Shown here: positions 15,876-25,777 of the stretch, in pieces
Position numbering within the stretch: position 1 is the stretch's first letter
How the letters are laid out: each line of letters opens with the position of its first letter
NCBI GenBank assembly: GCA_965243025.1
Contig: CBDETY010000003.1
Span: 1,792,001-1,856,000 of the forward strand
Length of the DNA stretch: 64,000 nucleotides
Source: Candidatus Latescibacterota bacterium
GTDB lineage: Bacteria > Latescibacterota > UBA2968 > UBA8231
Direction of reading: 5' to 3'
The notes under the pieces: model-generated
What the model was told of the DNA's origin: nothing
Databases searched by the model: none
Seen by the model: only the letters and a program-made list of their open reading frames with translations
Program-made: the position numbers and the translations under genes

Positions 15876-18188
15876 TCAGTTTCTCAATGGTTTGCCGGTC
15901 TTCAGCATGTGCCGCATGCGTTCCCTCGTTGCCGCCATGCCGCAAAGCTCGAGAAAGGTCTCGCGCTCCAGGTCGAGGAAATCCTGTTCGCGGGCTCCCG
16001 CCGGAGACAGCCCGCGCCCGCAGAGTACGCCGGCAAGGCGCACCCCTACCTCGTAGTCGTGCCGGGTGATTTTTTCTGCATCGCGATCAGCGGCCAGGAC
16101 CTGCTGCAGGCGGTCGGCTTCCGGGTCACCGGCGGTTTCGACCGCCTTTTCGACGGGCGGCCGGTACCCGGAGGCGAGGTCCGAGCCGAGGCGGAGAGCT
16201 TCGGCGACAATTCCGCGGTCGTTCATGCGCAACCTGTCTTCCGCTTGAACGAGCCCCCATTGCCTGCCCTGGTGAGCATTGTCGCTGAAGCGCCCGGAAG
16301 AAACAGTTCGGAAGGCGCGATCGATGGTTCCGCCGGAACTCCGACGCGCCATCTCCTTGCAGCCGCCGGCCCCCGGTATGAGACCGACCGCTGTCTCCAC
16401 CAGTCCAATGCGAAGCTCGGCGGCAAGCACCCGGGCGGCGGCGGCCAAACAGAACTCGCAACCACCTCCCAGAGTCAGGCCGCGGGCGGCGGCGATCACG
16501 GGGAAAGGAGCGAAGCGCACCGCCATGCAGGCCTGCTGAAAATTGGCTACGTAGCTTTCCAGCCTGTCCCACCTGCCCGACTCGCTCAACTCGACTATAT
16601 AGGAAAGGTCCGCTCCGGCGGAAAAGTTGCCGCCGTCGCCGTACAGGACGAGGCACTCCAGGTCCGCCCCCGCGACAGTGCGCTCGACGAGGCCCAGCGA
16701 CTGGTTTCCGATCACGTTCAGCTTGCCCGAAAAAACCAGGACACCCGCTTCGCCCAACCGCACCAGGCGGGCGTTCTCCGCTGCATCGGCAATACCTCCG
16801 GATGCAAGCAGGTCCGCATCGCTCGGTTCGGAACCCGGAGCGGCGGCATGCCTGCTTTCGGAGAATGAAAACGCCCGCTTTCCACTGCCCTGGTTTGTGT
16901 AGAACGCCCCGGCGGAAGACCGCGAGATATCCTTCAGCAGCGGGGGTACTGAGCGAGCGCGCTTCCGAAGTTGAGCCTCAAGCCTGTCCGCCCCGATCAT
17001 GTCCGCGACTTCGAAGGGTCCGGCTTCCCAGTTGAACCCCCACCGCATGGCGCGGTCGATCCGGTCGACGCCTGAAGCCATTTCTGAGCCGTTCTCCGCT
17101 GCGTAGGCCACGACCTCGGCGAGGTGGCCGCAGGCAAATTCGGCCAGCCTTCCACTGCTGTTCATCAACCCTTCGAGGCGGTCTCGAAACCCGCGGCGGG
17201 AGGCGACCTCTCCCATCTCGCCTCCGAGGTCTGCCTTACGTCGGGGCCGGTACTGCATACTGCCGGGATCGAGGACTTCGATTTCACCAGCCGGACCCTT
17301 TCGGTAAAACCCGCCCCCGGTCTTTTCGCCGAGGAATCCCCCGGCGACCATCGAAGTCACCAATCCCGGTAACGCGAAAGTTTCCCGCCCGCGGTCGCCG
17401 GGAAGGTTGTCGTAGGCTGTCGAGGCGACATCGGCGAGCACGTCGAGCCCGATGATATCGGAGAGTCTCAGAGTCGCGCTGCGCGGCCTTCCGATCAGCA
17501 CACCGGTCACGGCATCGACCTCTTCGGCGACCAGATCCGACCGCTGCATACGGTGCAGGCAGTCCATGAGCGCAAAGACGCCGACCCGGTTGGCGATGAA
17601 GTTGGGTGTATCGCGGCACTCGACCACTCCCTTTCCGAACTCCTGTTCCAGGAAACGCGTCATCCCCGACAGGACCTGACCCCCGGTATGGGCGCAGGGA
17701 ACCACTTCGACCAACTTCATGTAGCGAGGCGGATTGAAGAAGTGGACCCCCATGAACATGCGCCGGAAAACTTCCGAGCGGTCTGTTGACATCCCGTTGA
17801 CCGACAGCCCGGAGGTATTGGTGCTGATACACTGGATCGTCGAGGAACCGGCGACCGCATCGTCGACCCGGGCGAGCAACTCTCGCTTGGCGTCGAGGTC
17901 TTCGACAATGGCCTCGACGATCCAGTTAACGGTGCGCAAGGGCCGCAAGTCCTCAAGGGACCGGCAGCGGATGGATCTGGCGATCTCGCTGGAGAAAAAC
18001 GCCGGCGGCCGGCTGTTCAGGGCGTTGGCCAACCCCTCCTCGGCCAGCCGGGTGGGGTGACCGTCATCCGGAAGGTCGTAGAGGTCGACGCTGAGTCCCC
18101 CGTTGGCGAGCAGGGCCGCGATCCGCGATCCCATCACCCCGGACCCCAGAACGGCCACCTTCGTGATCGGCTCGCTCTCCGCCGCCAT
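15876..18188 (-). CDS. 3-hydroxyacyl-CoA dehydrogenase / enoyl-CoA hydratase (FadN-like)
   Basis: GSGVMG, STNTSG, HFFNPPRYM, DTPNFIANR, crotonase motifs GGGCE and GLIPGAGG, C-terminal TGKPLRN. Confidence 0.9.
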   Translation of the reverse strand: MAAESEPITKVAVLGSGVMGSRIAALLANGGLSVDLYDLPDDGHPTRLAEEGLANALNSRPPAFFSSEIARSIRCRSLEDLRPLRTVNWIVEAIVEDLDAKRELLARVDDAVAGSSTIQCISTNTSGLSVNGMSTDRSEVFRRMFMGVHFFNPPRYMKLVEVVPCAHTGGQVLSGMTRFLEQEFGKGVVECRDTPNFIANRVGVFALMDCLHRMQRSDLVAEEVDAVTGVLIGRPRSATLRLSDIIGLDVLADVASTAYDNLPGDRGRETFALPGLVTSMVAGGFLGEKTGGGFYRKGPAGEIEVLDPGSMQYRPRRKADLGGEMGEVASRRGFRDRLEGLMNSSGRLAEFACGHLAEVVAYAAENGSEMASGVDRIDRAMRWGFNWEAGPFEVADMIGADRLEAQLRKRARSVPPLLKDISRSSAGAFYTNQGSGKRAFSFSESRHAAAPGSEPSDADLLASGGIADAAENARLVRLGEAGVLVFSGKLNVIGNQSLGLVERTVAGADLECLVLYGDGGNFSAGADLSYIVELSESGRWDRLESYVANFQQACMAVRFAPFPVIAAARGLTLGGGCEFCLAAAARVLAAELRIGLVETAVGLIPGAGGCKEMARRSSGGTIDRAFRTVSSGRFSDNAHQGRQWGLVQAEDRLRMNDRGIVAEALRLGSDLASGYRPPVEKAVETAGDPEADRLQQVLAADRDAEKITRHDYEVGVRLAGVLCGRGLSPAGAREQDFLDLERETFLELCGMAATRERMRHMLKTGKPLRN

Positions 18189-18411
18189 TTCCGCCTCGAA
18201 ATCAGTTTCCAAATTTCAAACCCTCCGCCAATTGCGACCGAATGCCCCGGGGGAGTCGGCCTCATCCGAGCGAAGGAAAGACCGGGATAAAGCGCCGTGC
18301 GTATTTCGGTCGCGCGTCCTGTTTCCGGCCTGGACCGCCGCCCTCACGGGAAAAGTCGAATGGGGGAACACGTAATCAGCCGGTCCGCAACGCCGGTATA
18401 CTGCACGCTCT

Positions 18412-18732
18412 TCAGTAGTTTGACTGCAGATCGCTTCGACCGAGACGTTTCTGCAACCGCACCCGCACCGTCCAGACCGCTAACGAGGTGATTGCCGCTC
18501 CGATCACCACGAAATACAACCCTTTACCCGCTATCTGGACGAAGGTTCCTGTCGAGACAGTCGTCATCGCAATGACGAGAAGGATGGAGGTCATTATGGT
18601 AACAGTGAGCCACTTGAGCGCTTTTTGGCACATGGCAATCAGGGCGGCACAGGCCTCGGAATCGATGGCGTCTGCCCGCGGTTTTCCCCGGAGTGCCCGG
18701 GGTTTTTCCGCCTTCTTTCCGTGTCTGGTCAT
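18412..18732 (-). CDS. Small hypothetical membrane protein (2 TM)
   Basis: ATG immediately after the dxr stop; two hydrophobic segments. Confidence 0.55.
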   Translation of the reverse strand: MTRHGKKAEKPRALRGKPRADAIDSEACAALIAMCQKALKWLTVTIMTSILLVIAMTTVSTGTFVQIAGKGLYFVVIGAAITSLAVWTVRVRLQKRLGRSDLQSNY

Positions 18733-18736
18733 CGTT

Positions 18737-19945
18737 TCAGGTAATTTGTGTGGTGTCCCCGCGTCGGGCGCGCCGACCCACGAGTGCGGAAGCGTGCCGT
18801 CTGGCGTCGCCGTCGGCTTCGAGCACATCGGTCAGCGACGCCACATTCCCCTGAGCCAGAGGGCCTCCCGCCTGCTCGCAGACTTCGCGGTTGATCTCGT
18901 AAATATCGAGAAAGCCGATACGCCCTTCGAGAAAGGCGGCCACCGCGACTTCGTCGGCGGCGTTGAGGGCGGCCGGTGCGCAGCCGCCCGTCCTGCCGGC
19001 TTCGCAGCACAACCGCAAACAGGGAAATCCGGTCCAGTCGGGTTCCTCGAAGTGCAAGGCTCCAACGGCGATCAGGTCGAGAGCCTCGAGGGTCGCCGGT
19101 TGTCGACCCGGATGAGTCAATGCGTACTGGATCGGCAGCTTCATGTCGGTCTTGCCCAGATGGGCGAGCCATGACCCGTCTGCAAACTCCACCATCGAGT
19201 GGACGACCGATTCCCTGTGAACGATCACGTCGATTTGATCGATCTCCACGTCGAACAGCCATGAAGCTTCGATCACCTCGAAACCCTTGTTCATCAGGGT
19301 AGCGGAATCGACGGTGATTTTGCTGCCCATCTTCCACGTCGGATGAGCCAGGGCCTGCTGCGGGGTGACCTGAACCATCTGCTCCCGCGTCAGTCCGCGG
19401 AACGGTCCGCCCGATGCCGTCAGGACGATCCGCTTCAGGCTTTCCCTGGGTTCCCCGTGGAGACACTGCCATATGGCGCTGGGTTCGCTGTCAATGGGGA
19501 GGATCTCCCCTCCGTGAGCCCTTGCCGCATCGAGAATGATCCCCCCTGCCATGACCAGCGGTTCCTTGTTGGCCATGGCGACCTTCTTGCCTGCGCAGAC
19601 CGCGTCGAGAGTCGGAAGCAACCCCGCCGCACCCACCAGCCCGTTGACGACGACGTCGATCTCGTCGATGGCCGCAATCTCCCTGAGGCCGGCGACGCCC
19701 GAGAGCACGGCGATGCTCGACGGCAGGTTGTCCCGCACTCGGGTTTCGTCCGCCCCGTCGGCGACGCAGACGTAGCGGGGCCCCCAGGCGAGGGCCCGTT
19801 CAACAAGCTTTTCTACCCGGCGTCCGGCGCTCAGGGCAACGACTGGAAACCGGTCCCGTCCGAGGCTTTCGATGACGTCGAAAGTCGAATCCCCTATGGA
19901 TCCGGTGCATCCGAGGATGGCGACCGCGGTGGAATCCGGGCTCAT
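18737..19945 (-). CDS. dxr: 1-deoxy-D-xylulose 5-phosphate reductoisomerase
   Basis: ILGCTGSIG, MANKE, PIDSE, LTASGGPF, HPTWKMGSKITVDSATLMNKGFE. Confidence 0.96.
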   Translation of the reverse strand: MSPDSTAVAILGCTGSIGDSTFDVIESLGRDRFPVVALSAGRRVEKLVERALAWGPRYVCVADGADETRVRDNLPSSIAVLSGVAGLREIAAIDEIDVVVNGLVGAAGLLPTLDAVCAGKKVAMANKEPLVMAGGIILDAARAHGGEILPIDSEPSAIWQCLHGEPRESLKRIVLTASGGPFRGLTREQMVQVTPQQALAHPTWKMGSKITVDSATLMNKGFEVIEASWLFDVEIDQIDVIVHRESVVHSMVEFADGSWLAHLGKTDMKLPIQYALTHPGRQPATLEALDLIAVGALHFEEPDWTGFPCLRLCCEAGRTGGCAPAALNAADEVAVAAFLEGRIGFLDIYEINREVCEQAGGPLAQGNVASLTDVLEADGDARRHASALVGRRARRGDTTQIT

Positions 19946-19982
19946 CGCTGGCTGCGGTCCGTCCGACCCGTCTGGTAAACCG

Positions 19983-21671
19983 TCAACCGGAAACGCCGCC
20001 GCGCGCCCTTCGTTGCTGGAGACGGCGGTGGTTTCCATGGCGGTTGTTGTTGCGCTGGCCGCTCTTCGGCCGTTGGCGACCGGTGTAACGGACCGCCCGC
20101 GTCTCCCGGACCACCATCACCTTCACCTCCCCCGCGAAGGTAAGCTCGTTCTTGACCCGTTCGGCGATGTCGAACGCCAGGATCTCCGCATCGTCATCGC
20201 TGATTCGGTCACCGCGTACCATCACGCGGATCTCGCGGCCCGCGTTGATGGCGTACACATCCTTCACCCCGTCGAACGAGTTTGCTATCTCCTCGAGCTT
20301 CATGATACGGCGGGCATATCCCTCGAGGTCTTCCCGACGCCCCCCGGGACGGCTTGAGGAAATGGCGTCGGCGGCCTTCACCAGGAAACAGATCGGGTTG
20401 AGGCGCTCGTGGTCCTCGTGATGCTCGGCGATGACTTCCTTGACGACCGGATGCTCCCCATACCGTTCCGCCAGCTCCACACCGAGGTCGATGTGGGTTC
20501 CCTTCATGTCGTGGCTGACGGTCTTGCCGATATCGTGCAGCAGTCCGGCCCTGCGCGCCAACTCGACGTCAACCCCGATGTCACCCGCCATCAGTCCCGC
20601 AAGATGGGCAACCTCCAGGCAGTGCTGCAGCTGATTCTGGCCGTAGCTGCTGCGGTATTTCAGGCGCCCTACGGTACGGGGCAGTTCCGGATGGAAGTCG
20701 GCTGCTCCGATCTCCTTCAACGCGTGTTTGCCGGCATCCACCAATTCCGACTCGAGTTCCTTCCTGGCCGCTTCGACAACTTCATCGATTCTGTTTGGCG
20801 TGAACCCCCCGTCCTTTACCAGGCGCTCCATCGAGAGCGCCGCAACCTCCCTCTTGATCGGATCGAAGGAGGAAATCAGAACGGTATCGGGAGTATCGTC
20901 GACTACGACCTTGACACCGGTAGCGTTCTCGAAGGCCCTGACGTTACGCCCCTCTTTGCCGATGATGCGGCTCTTCAGCCCTTCGTTGGGTAAGGCTACA
21001 GTCGAAGTGGAAAAGTGTTCGGCCTCTTCCACGGCGCAGCGCTGAATCGCCTGCGCAATGATTTTTCGCGCTTCGCGGTCGGACTCCTCGCGCGCCCGGG
21101 CGCGTTCGGCGCGTATCATCGCCGCCGAACTCCCCTTCACTTCAACTGCCAGGTTTTCGAGGAGCTGCTCCTTGGCCTCGTCTGCCGTCATGTTGGCGGC
21201 CATCTCCAGCCGCTGCCGGTACTGATCGCGCTCCTGGTTCAGTTCGGCGGCGGCCTCCCTTACCGCCTTGTCACGGCCTGCGACCTTTCGTTGATCGGTA
21301 TTCAGACGGGCCCATTCCTTGCGCAGATCTTCGCCTTTGCCGGTCAGGTCGCGATCCTTTTCGGCGACCGCGCTCTCCCGTCTGCTGATGGCGAGGAGCT
21401 GGTTTTCCAGATCCTTTTCCTGCTCCGCCCTGGCCTTGTACCAGCTATCCTTCTCCTCCAGGATACTGATTCTCTGCGACCGCTCTTCCTCGGCGAGCCG
21501 GCGTGCCGCGCGTTTCTCGGCTTCTTCCTCCATGCGCGCCTGGCTGCTTTTCTTCAGAAAATGGAACACCCAGAAACCGACCCCCGCACCCAAAAGCAGG
21601 AGACCGGCACAGAAGAGCGCCGCAAGCCAGACATCCATACTCGGGATGAAAGACTGCGTCGTATCTACCAT
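19983..21671 (-). CDS. rny: Ribonuclease Y
   Basis: N-terminal TM, coiled coil, KH domain (RIIGKEGRNVRA), HD domain (YRSSYGQN, LLHDIGK, ADAISSSRPG). Confidence 0.95.
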   Translation of the reverse strand: MVDTTQSFIPSMDVWLAALFCAGLLLLGAGVGFWVFHFLKKSSQARMEEEAEKRAARRLAEEERSQRISILEEKDSWYKARAEQEKDLENQLLAISRRESAVAEKDRDLTGKGEDLRKEWARLNTDQRKVAGRDKAVREAAAELNQERDQYRQRLEMAANMTADEAKEQLLENLAVEVKGSSAAMIRAERARAREESDREARKIIAQAIQRCAVEEAEHFSTSTVALPNEGLKSRIIGKEGRNVRAFENATGVKVVVDDTPDTVLISSFDPIKREVAALSMERLVKDGGFTPNRIDEVVEAARKELESELVDAGKHALKEIGAADFHPELPRTVGRLKYRSSYGQNQLQHCLEVAHLAGLMAGDIGVDVELARRAGLLHDIGKTVSHDMKGTHIDLGVELAERYGEHPVVKEVIAEHHEDHERLNPICFLVKAADAISSSRPGGRREDLEGYARRIMKLEEIANSFDGVKDVYAINAGREIRVMVRGDRISDDDAEILAFDIAERVKNELTFAGEVKVMVVRETRAVRYTGRQRPKSGQRNNNRHGNHRRLQQRRARGGVSG

Positions 21672-21827
21672 GGCAATTCACCGTTGACATCCAGTTAGTC
21701 GGATTTGGTCCGTAGTCCTTCAGTGGGGATTGGCGCTTTTTGAAATGCCTCCAAATCCACCTTCGGGTGTACAGGGATCCTGTCTCCACGATACCGTTGA
21801 ACGCACGGCAGGCTTCTTTCGGGGCCT

Positions 21828-23231
21828 TCACTTGCAGACCTCCCGCGCCTTTTGCAGTGCGCCGGCGATCATCGCGCGGCGCTCCTCGCTTCTGAGCCAG
21901 CGTTCGCCCACATCCTCCGAAAGCTCGTGGATGGGATCGAAAAACAGGAACAGTTCCCCGGGCCGAACCACCGGACTGAGGAACACGGCAATTCCGAGTT
22001 CTTGGTCGTAGAATTCGTGAGAGTGGACGTGCCGCTTGCCGCCGCCGCCCATTGTGTCGACGACGAAATTCGGCATGTGAAACCCCGCAGTAACCCCGCG
22101 AATCTCCTTCTCCAGCCGCTGCGCGGCGGCCAGAGTGGTGCGCAACTCCTCTACTCCTTTCACCATATCGTGAAGGAAAACGTAGTACGGCTGTACATTG
22201 ACGTAACCCAGCCGGAGGACCAGGAGCTTCATGGTGTCCACCCCGTCGTTCACCCCTCTTTGCAGTACCGCCTGATTGCGAACGACGACACCCTCGCCGG
22301 TCAGCCGATCCAGAGCGGCTTTCGTCAACGCCGTAATCTCCCGGGGGTGGTTGAAGTGGGTGTGGAGCACTACCTGCTTGTTCTCGCGGCGCCCGCGTTC
22401 GACCACACTGCGCAAGGCAGCCACCCAGGGGTCATCGGTCAGCAGCTTCTGTGGCATGACCGCCGGCCCCTTGGTCGCATAGCGCAACCTGCGAATGTGA
22501 TCGATGTCGAGAAGCCGGTCGCCGATGAGCTTCAGGTGTTGCGGCTTGAGGTTGTAAGCGTCCCCACCGCTTATGACTATGTCCTCGAGCTCGGGATGCC
22601 TGGCGACGTATGAAAAAACCTCCTCCCAGCGCTCGACATTGACCCCGAAACGGGCCTTTTCCACCTCTTCCGTATCGAGCCCGATCGAATAGGACCGGGT
22701 GCAGAACCGGCAATAGACGGGACAGGTGTCCAGCGCCAGAAACAGTCCCCGGTCGCGGTAGCGATGGGTGAGACCGGGTACCGGTGAGTCGGCCTGTTCG
22801 TTCAGGGAGTCGAGGCTGAGCTCGGGATGGTCGGGGCGAACCCGAGAAGCCAGGGGAAGGAACTGTGTGCGCAGCGGATCGCCGTACGGCTCGCTCCAAT
22901 CGATGAGGCTGACGATGTAGGGCGAGATACGAACGCTCATCGTTGCATTGCGCACGCCCAACTCCGCGTCCCGGCAGAACTCGTCGGTTACGAGATCCCC
23001 GAGAACCTCGCGGAGCTTGCGGACCGAGGTGATCGAGTTGCGGCCTTGGAAACGGTGGTCGTTGAACTCCTCGGCGCTCAACCGCGAGTAGGCCGGGATT
23101 CGACGCCAGAAGTCGTCGTCGCGAAGCTGGCGGTGGTCGTTCGCCAAGTCGGAGCCGGGGGAGGTGAGAACCTCACCGGGCGACTTGCCGACAGCCGCTG
23201 CCCACGCCGCATCCTGGACGGGGGTAGTCAT
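21828..23231 (-). CDS. KamA-family radical SAM aminomutase (lysine/arginine 2,3-aminomutase-like)
   Basis: GLTHRY, CPVYCRFCTR, ISGGD, HFNHPRE, NQAVL, GGGGK. Confidence 0.88.
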   Translation of the reverse strand: MTTPVQDAAWAAAVGKSPGEVLTSPGSDLANDHRQLRDDDFWRRIPAYSRLSAEEFNDHRFQGRNSITSVRKLREVLGDLVTDEFCRDAELGVRNATMSVRISPYIVSLIDWSEPYGDPLRTQFLPLASRVRPDHPELSLDSLNEQADSPVPGLTHRYRDRGLFLALDTCPVYCRFCTRSYSIGLDTEEVEKARFGVNVERWEEVFSYVARHPELEDIVISGGDAYNLKPQHLKLIGDRLLDIDHIRRLRYATKGPAVMPQKLLTDDPWVAALRSVVERGRRENKQVVLHTHFNHPREITALTKAALDRLTGEGVVVRNQAVLQRGVNDGVDTMKLLVLRLGYVNVQPYYVFLHDMVKGVEELRTTLAAAQRLEKEIRGVTAGFHMPNFVVDTMGGGGKRHVHSHEFYDQELGIAVFLSPVVRPGELFLFFDPIHELSEDVGERWLRSEERRAMIAGALQKAREVCK

Positions 23232-23294
23232 TTGATCCGGGGGATTGCCCGATGCGGACGGCCGTTGAAACAACGTACCCGCCCGCGTGGGGCC

Positions 23295-23546
23295 CGGGAG
23301 AGAGAGGGATCTTTTCCGTTGCGAGCCTGCGACTGCAGCCTCAAGTGGGGGAATCGGGCGAATCCCCTACGAGGTTCGGGTTGTTCCGGCTGTGCCTATT
23401 CTACCGGCGTCAACCCGGGAATCGGATAAATTGCGGGCTCCCTTGGGAGTTGCCCATGCGAATCACTCAGGCCGGCTGAACCGACTGGACATTCGTCGTC
23501 CGCCAGGCCGCCGCATGGGACGAGCGTCCGAACTGCCTCTCTCCCG
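23295..23546 (+). ncRNA. Candidate structured RNA of unknown family
   Basis: Nested stems: 10-bp outer stem, 10-bp closed three-way junction with + strand G-U pairs, 8-bp closed second domain. No match to a family I recognise. Confidence 0.35.
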
Positions 23547-23555
23547 CCGACTCCC

Positions 23556-24164
<609 letters not shown>

Positions 24165-24299
24165 GACATATCCTTTCGTGAAATTTGAGAATTGGGGTGT
24201 GTGCTGAAGAAGTGCGCCCCCGCGCGGTCCTTCCTGCCGGCAGCGCATGTGAGCTTGAGATAAGCATTTCCGGGAACCGGTGCGAGCCGGAGGTTTGCA

Positions 24300-24683
24300 T
24301 CAGTTCTCCGCGACCTGCCGCTTGGCGAGATCGGCCAGGACTGCCCGAATGGCGTCCTCGGCGAGTACGGAACAGTGAACTTTCATTGGAGGAAGCCCGC
24401 CCAAGGCTTCAACCACGTCCTGCTTGCTGATTCGGGAAATATCTTCGAGGGTGGCGCCCGTGACCATTTCGGTCAGGATCGAACCCGCGGCAATGGCCGC
24501 CGCGCATCCGAAGGTCTTGAAAGAGGCGCGCTCCGCGCGTCCGTCCGCAATCGAAAGGTACAGGTGAAGAACGTCGCCGCAGGCCGAATTTTCAGCAATC
24601 CCGACCGCGTCGGCGTTTTCAATGACTCCGGTGTTTCGCGGATTCCGGTAATGGTCAAGGACGGTATCGCTGTAACCGGACAT
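24300..24683 (-). CDS. iscU: Fe-S cluster assembly scaffold, IscU/NifU N-terminal type
   Basis: DHYRNPRN, ACGD, FKTFGCAAAIA, KVHCSVLAEDA (three conserved Cys). Confidence 0.9.
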   Translation of the reverse strand: MSGYSDTVLDHYRNPRNTGVIENADAVGIAENSACGDVLHLYLSIADGRAERASFKTFGCAAAIAAGSILTEMVTGATLEDISRISKQDVVEALGGLPPMKVHCSVLAEDAIRAVLADLAKRQVAEN

Positions 24684-24745
24684 GGAATTACAAACCCTTG
24701 TAACTAGCTGATAATCAGTAGGTTCCGCTGTTTTTCAAGGGCGGG

Positions 24746-24774
24746 AATGTACTCGGCCCTCATGCGGATGTCAA
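24746..24774 (-). promoter_or_regulatory. sigma70-type promoter upstream of iscU
   Basis: Minus strand TTGACA-17 nt-TACATT. Confidence 0.65.
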
Positions 24775-24789
24775 CCGCGGAGATACCTT

Positions 24790-25107
24790 TCAGGCCTCCA
24801 GGTCGAGAGCACCTGCCGACCCTTTGCTGTTCTGCCAGTAAGTCCGCGCCTGCTTTACCAGATCCCACATCATCGTTTCGCAAGCAACCGCGTCTATCAA
24901 TCGGAACATGCGCTCCCTCTTCTCCTCCCCGATCAGACCAAGTCCACCCATCATCGTCAGATGGTGAACGAGGCCGGTCTGCAGCAGGGTTCGGTTCATC
25001 TCCTCGAGGCCCAGTGCACTTTTTGTCTCGAACTCTTCCATCAATCCCTCATAAAGCTCGGCGAGTTCCTTCGACAAGGTAGCCTCGATCTCGATAACCA
25101 GGTCCAT
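24790..25107 (-). CDS. Hypothetical acidic helical protein (105 aa)
   Basis: ATG 25107 with AAAGGA RBS; natural-looking protein composition (MDLVIEIEATLSKEL...). Confidence 0.65.
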   Translation of the reverse strand: MDLVIEIEATLSKELAELYEGLMEEFETKSALGLEEMNRTLLQTGLVHHLTMMGGLGLIGEEKRERMFRLIDAVACETMMWDLVKQARTYWQNSKGSAGALDLEA

Positions 25108-25260
25108 GGCAAGGGTCCTTTTTTTCGGATTTCGTTCCGGCAGGGTTGGACGGATCCGGGAGCTGCCGGGTTCCACCCCTTGGGTAACCCTGCCGAAACC
25201 GGATCTGTACTTCCCCCGGGCGTCGACGACCGCTTACTCGGCAAAAGCCGGGATGGTCGG

Positions 25261-25413
25261 TTACCGCTCTCTCGAAACAAGACGCCAGCCGAAATACAGA
25301 AGCGCAGCTGCCACGGCGATGGAGGCGGCTGCAACCAGGATGTCGAACAACATCCTCAGCGCAAAAAAGGCGCCGACAGCCAACATCAAGGCCCCCAGAA
25401 TCCTGACCAACAT
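25261..25413 (-). CDS. Small membrane protein (50 aa, 2 TM)
   Basis: ATG 25413 preceded by GAGGAGG; MLVRILGALMLAVGAFFALRMLFDILVAAASIAVAAALLYFGWRLVSRER. Confidence 0.65.
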   Translation of the reverse strand: MLVRILGALMLAVGAFFALRMLFDILVAAASIAVAAALLYFGWRLVSRER

Positions 25414-25777
25414 CTGCTGTTCAACCTCCTCTTCCGGAGCGACCTGAAGCCAACCTGACCATCGGCCGGTCTCGCCCCGTGGCAACGGGATGGGAAAGTC
25501 GCTCCAAATCCCGGGCCGGGCAATCGAATCGGTCATCTCATTTGCAAAGCGCAACGGGCAAACGCAATCGGCCGCCAATGGCCCTGTCCCCCCACCGGCC
25601 TGTCCCGAAGAGGTCGGCCCGAACCGGTGACGCCCGCCTGTCTCCGGTTTGGGCCTGCTTCCACGCCCTCGGGTCCCGGCCGGCGGATGGGAGGACCTCG
25701 GCCGTCCGTTCTGGCAGGGCTTTCCGGGGCTCGTTATCATTGACCTTCCTGTCTTTCGGCACGGGAACCTCAGTCAT

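Noticed and set aside
21672-21827. 6S RNA upstream of rny, where it often lies
   Set aside because: Only ~155 nt, forming short local hairpins rather than a long rod with a central bubble; no zapA nearby. A cmscan would be needed to exclude it fully.
23232-23555. Lysine or c-di-AMP riboswitch upstream of the KamA-family gene
   Set aside because: Only fragments resemble the consensus (AGAGGC; CCCGAACCTCGTAGG) and the conserved cores are missing. Kept as an unknown structured element instead.
24272-24290. Cobalamin-riboswitch-like GGGAACCGGTGCGAGCCGG
   Set aside because: Wrong strand for sodA and no B12-box (GCCACTG) nearby.
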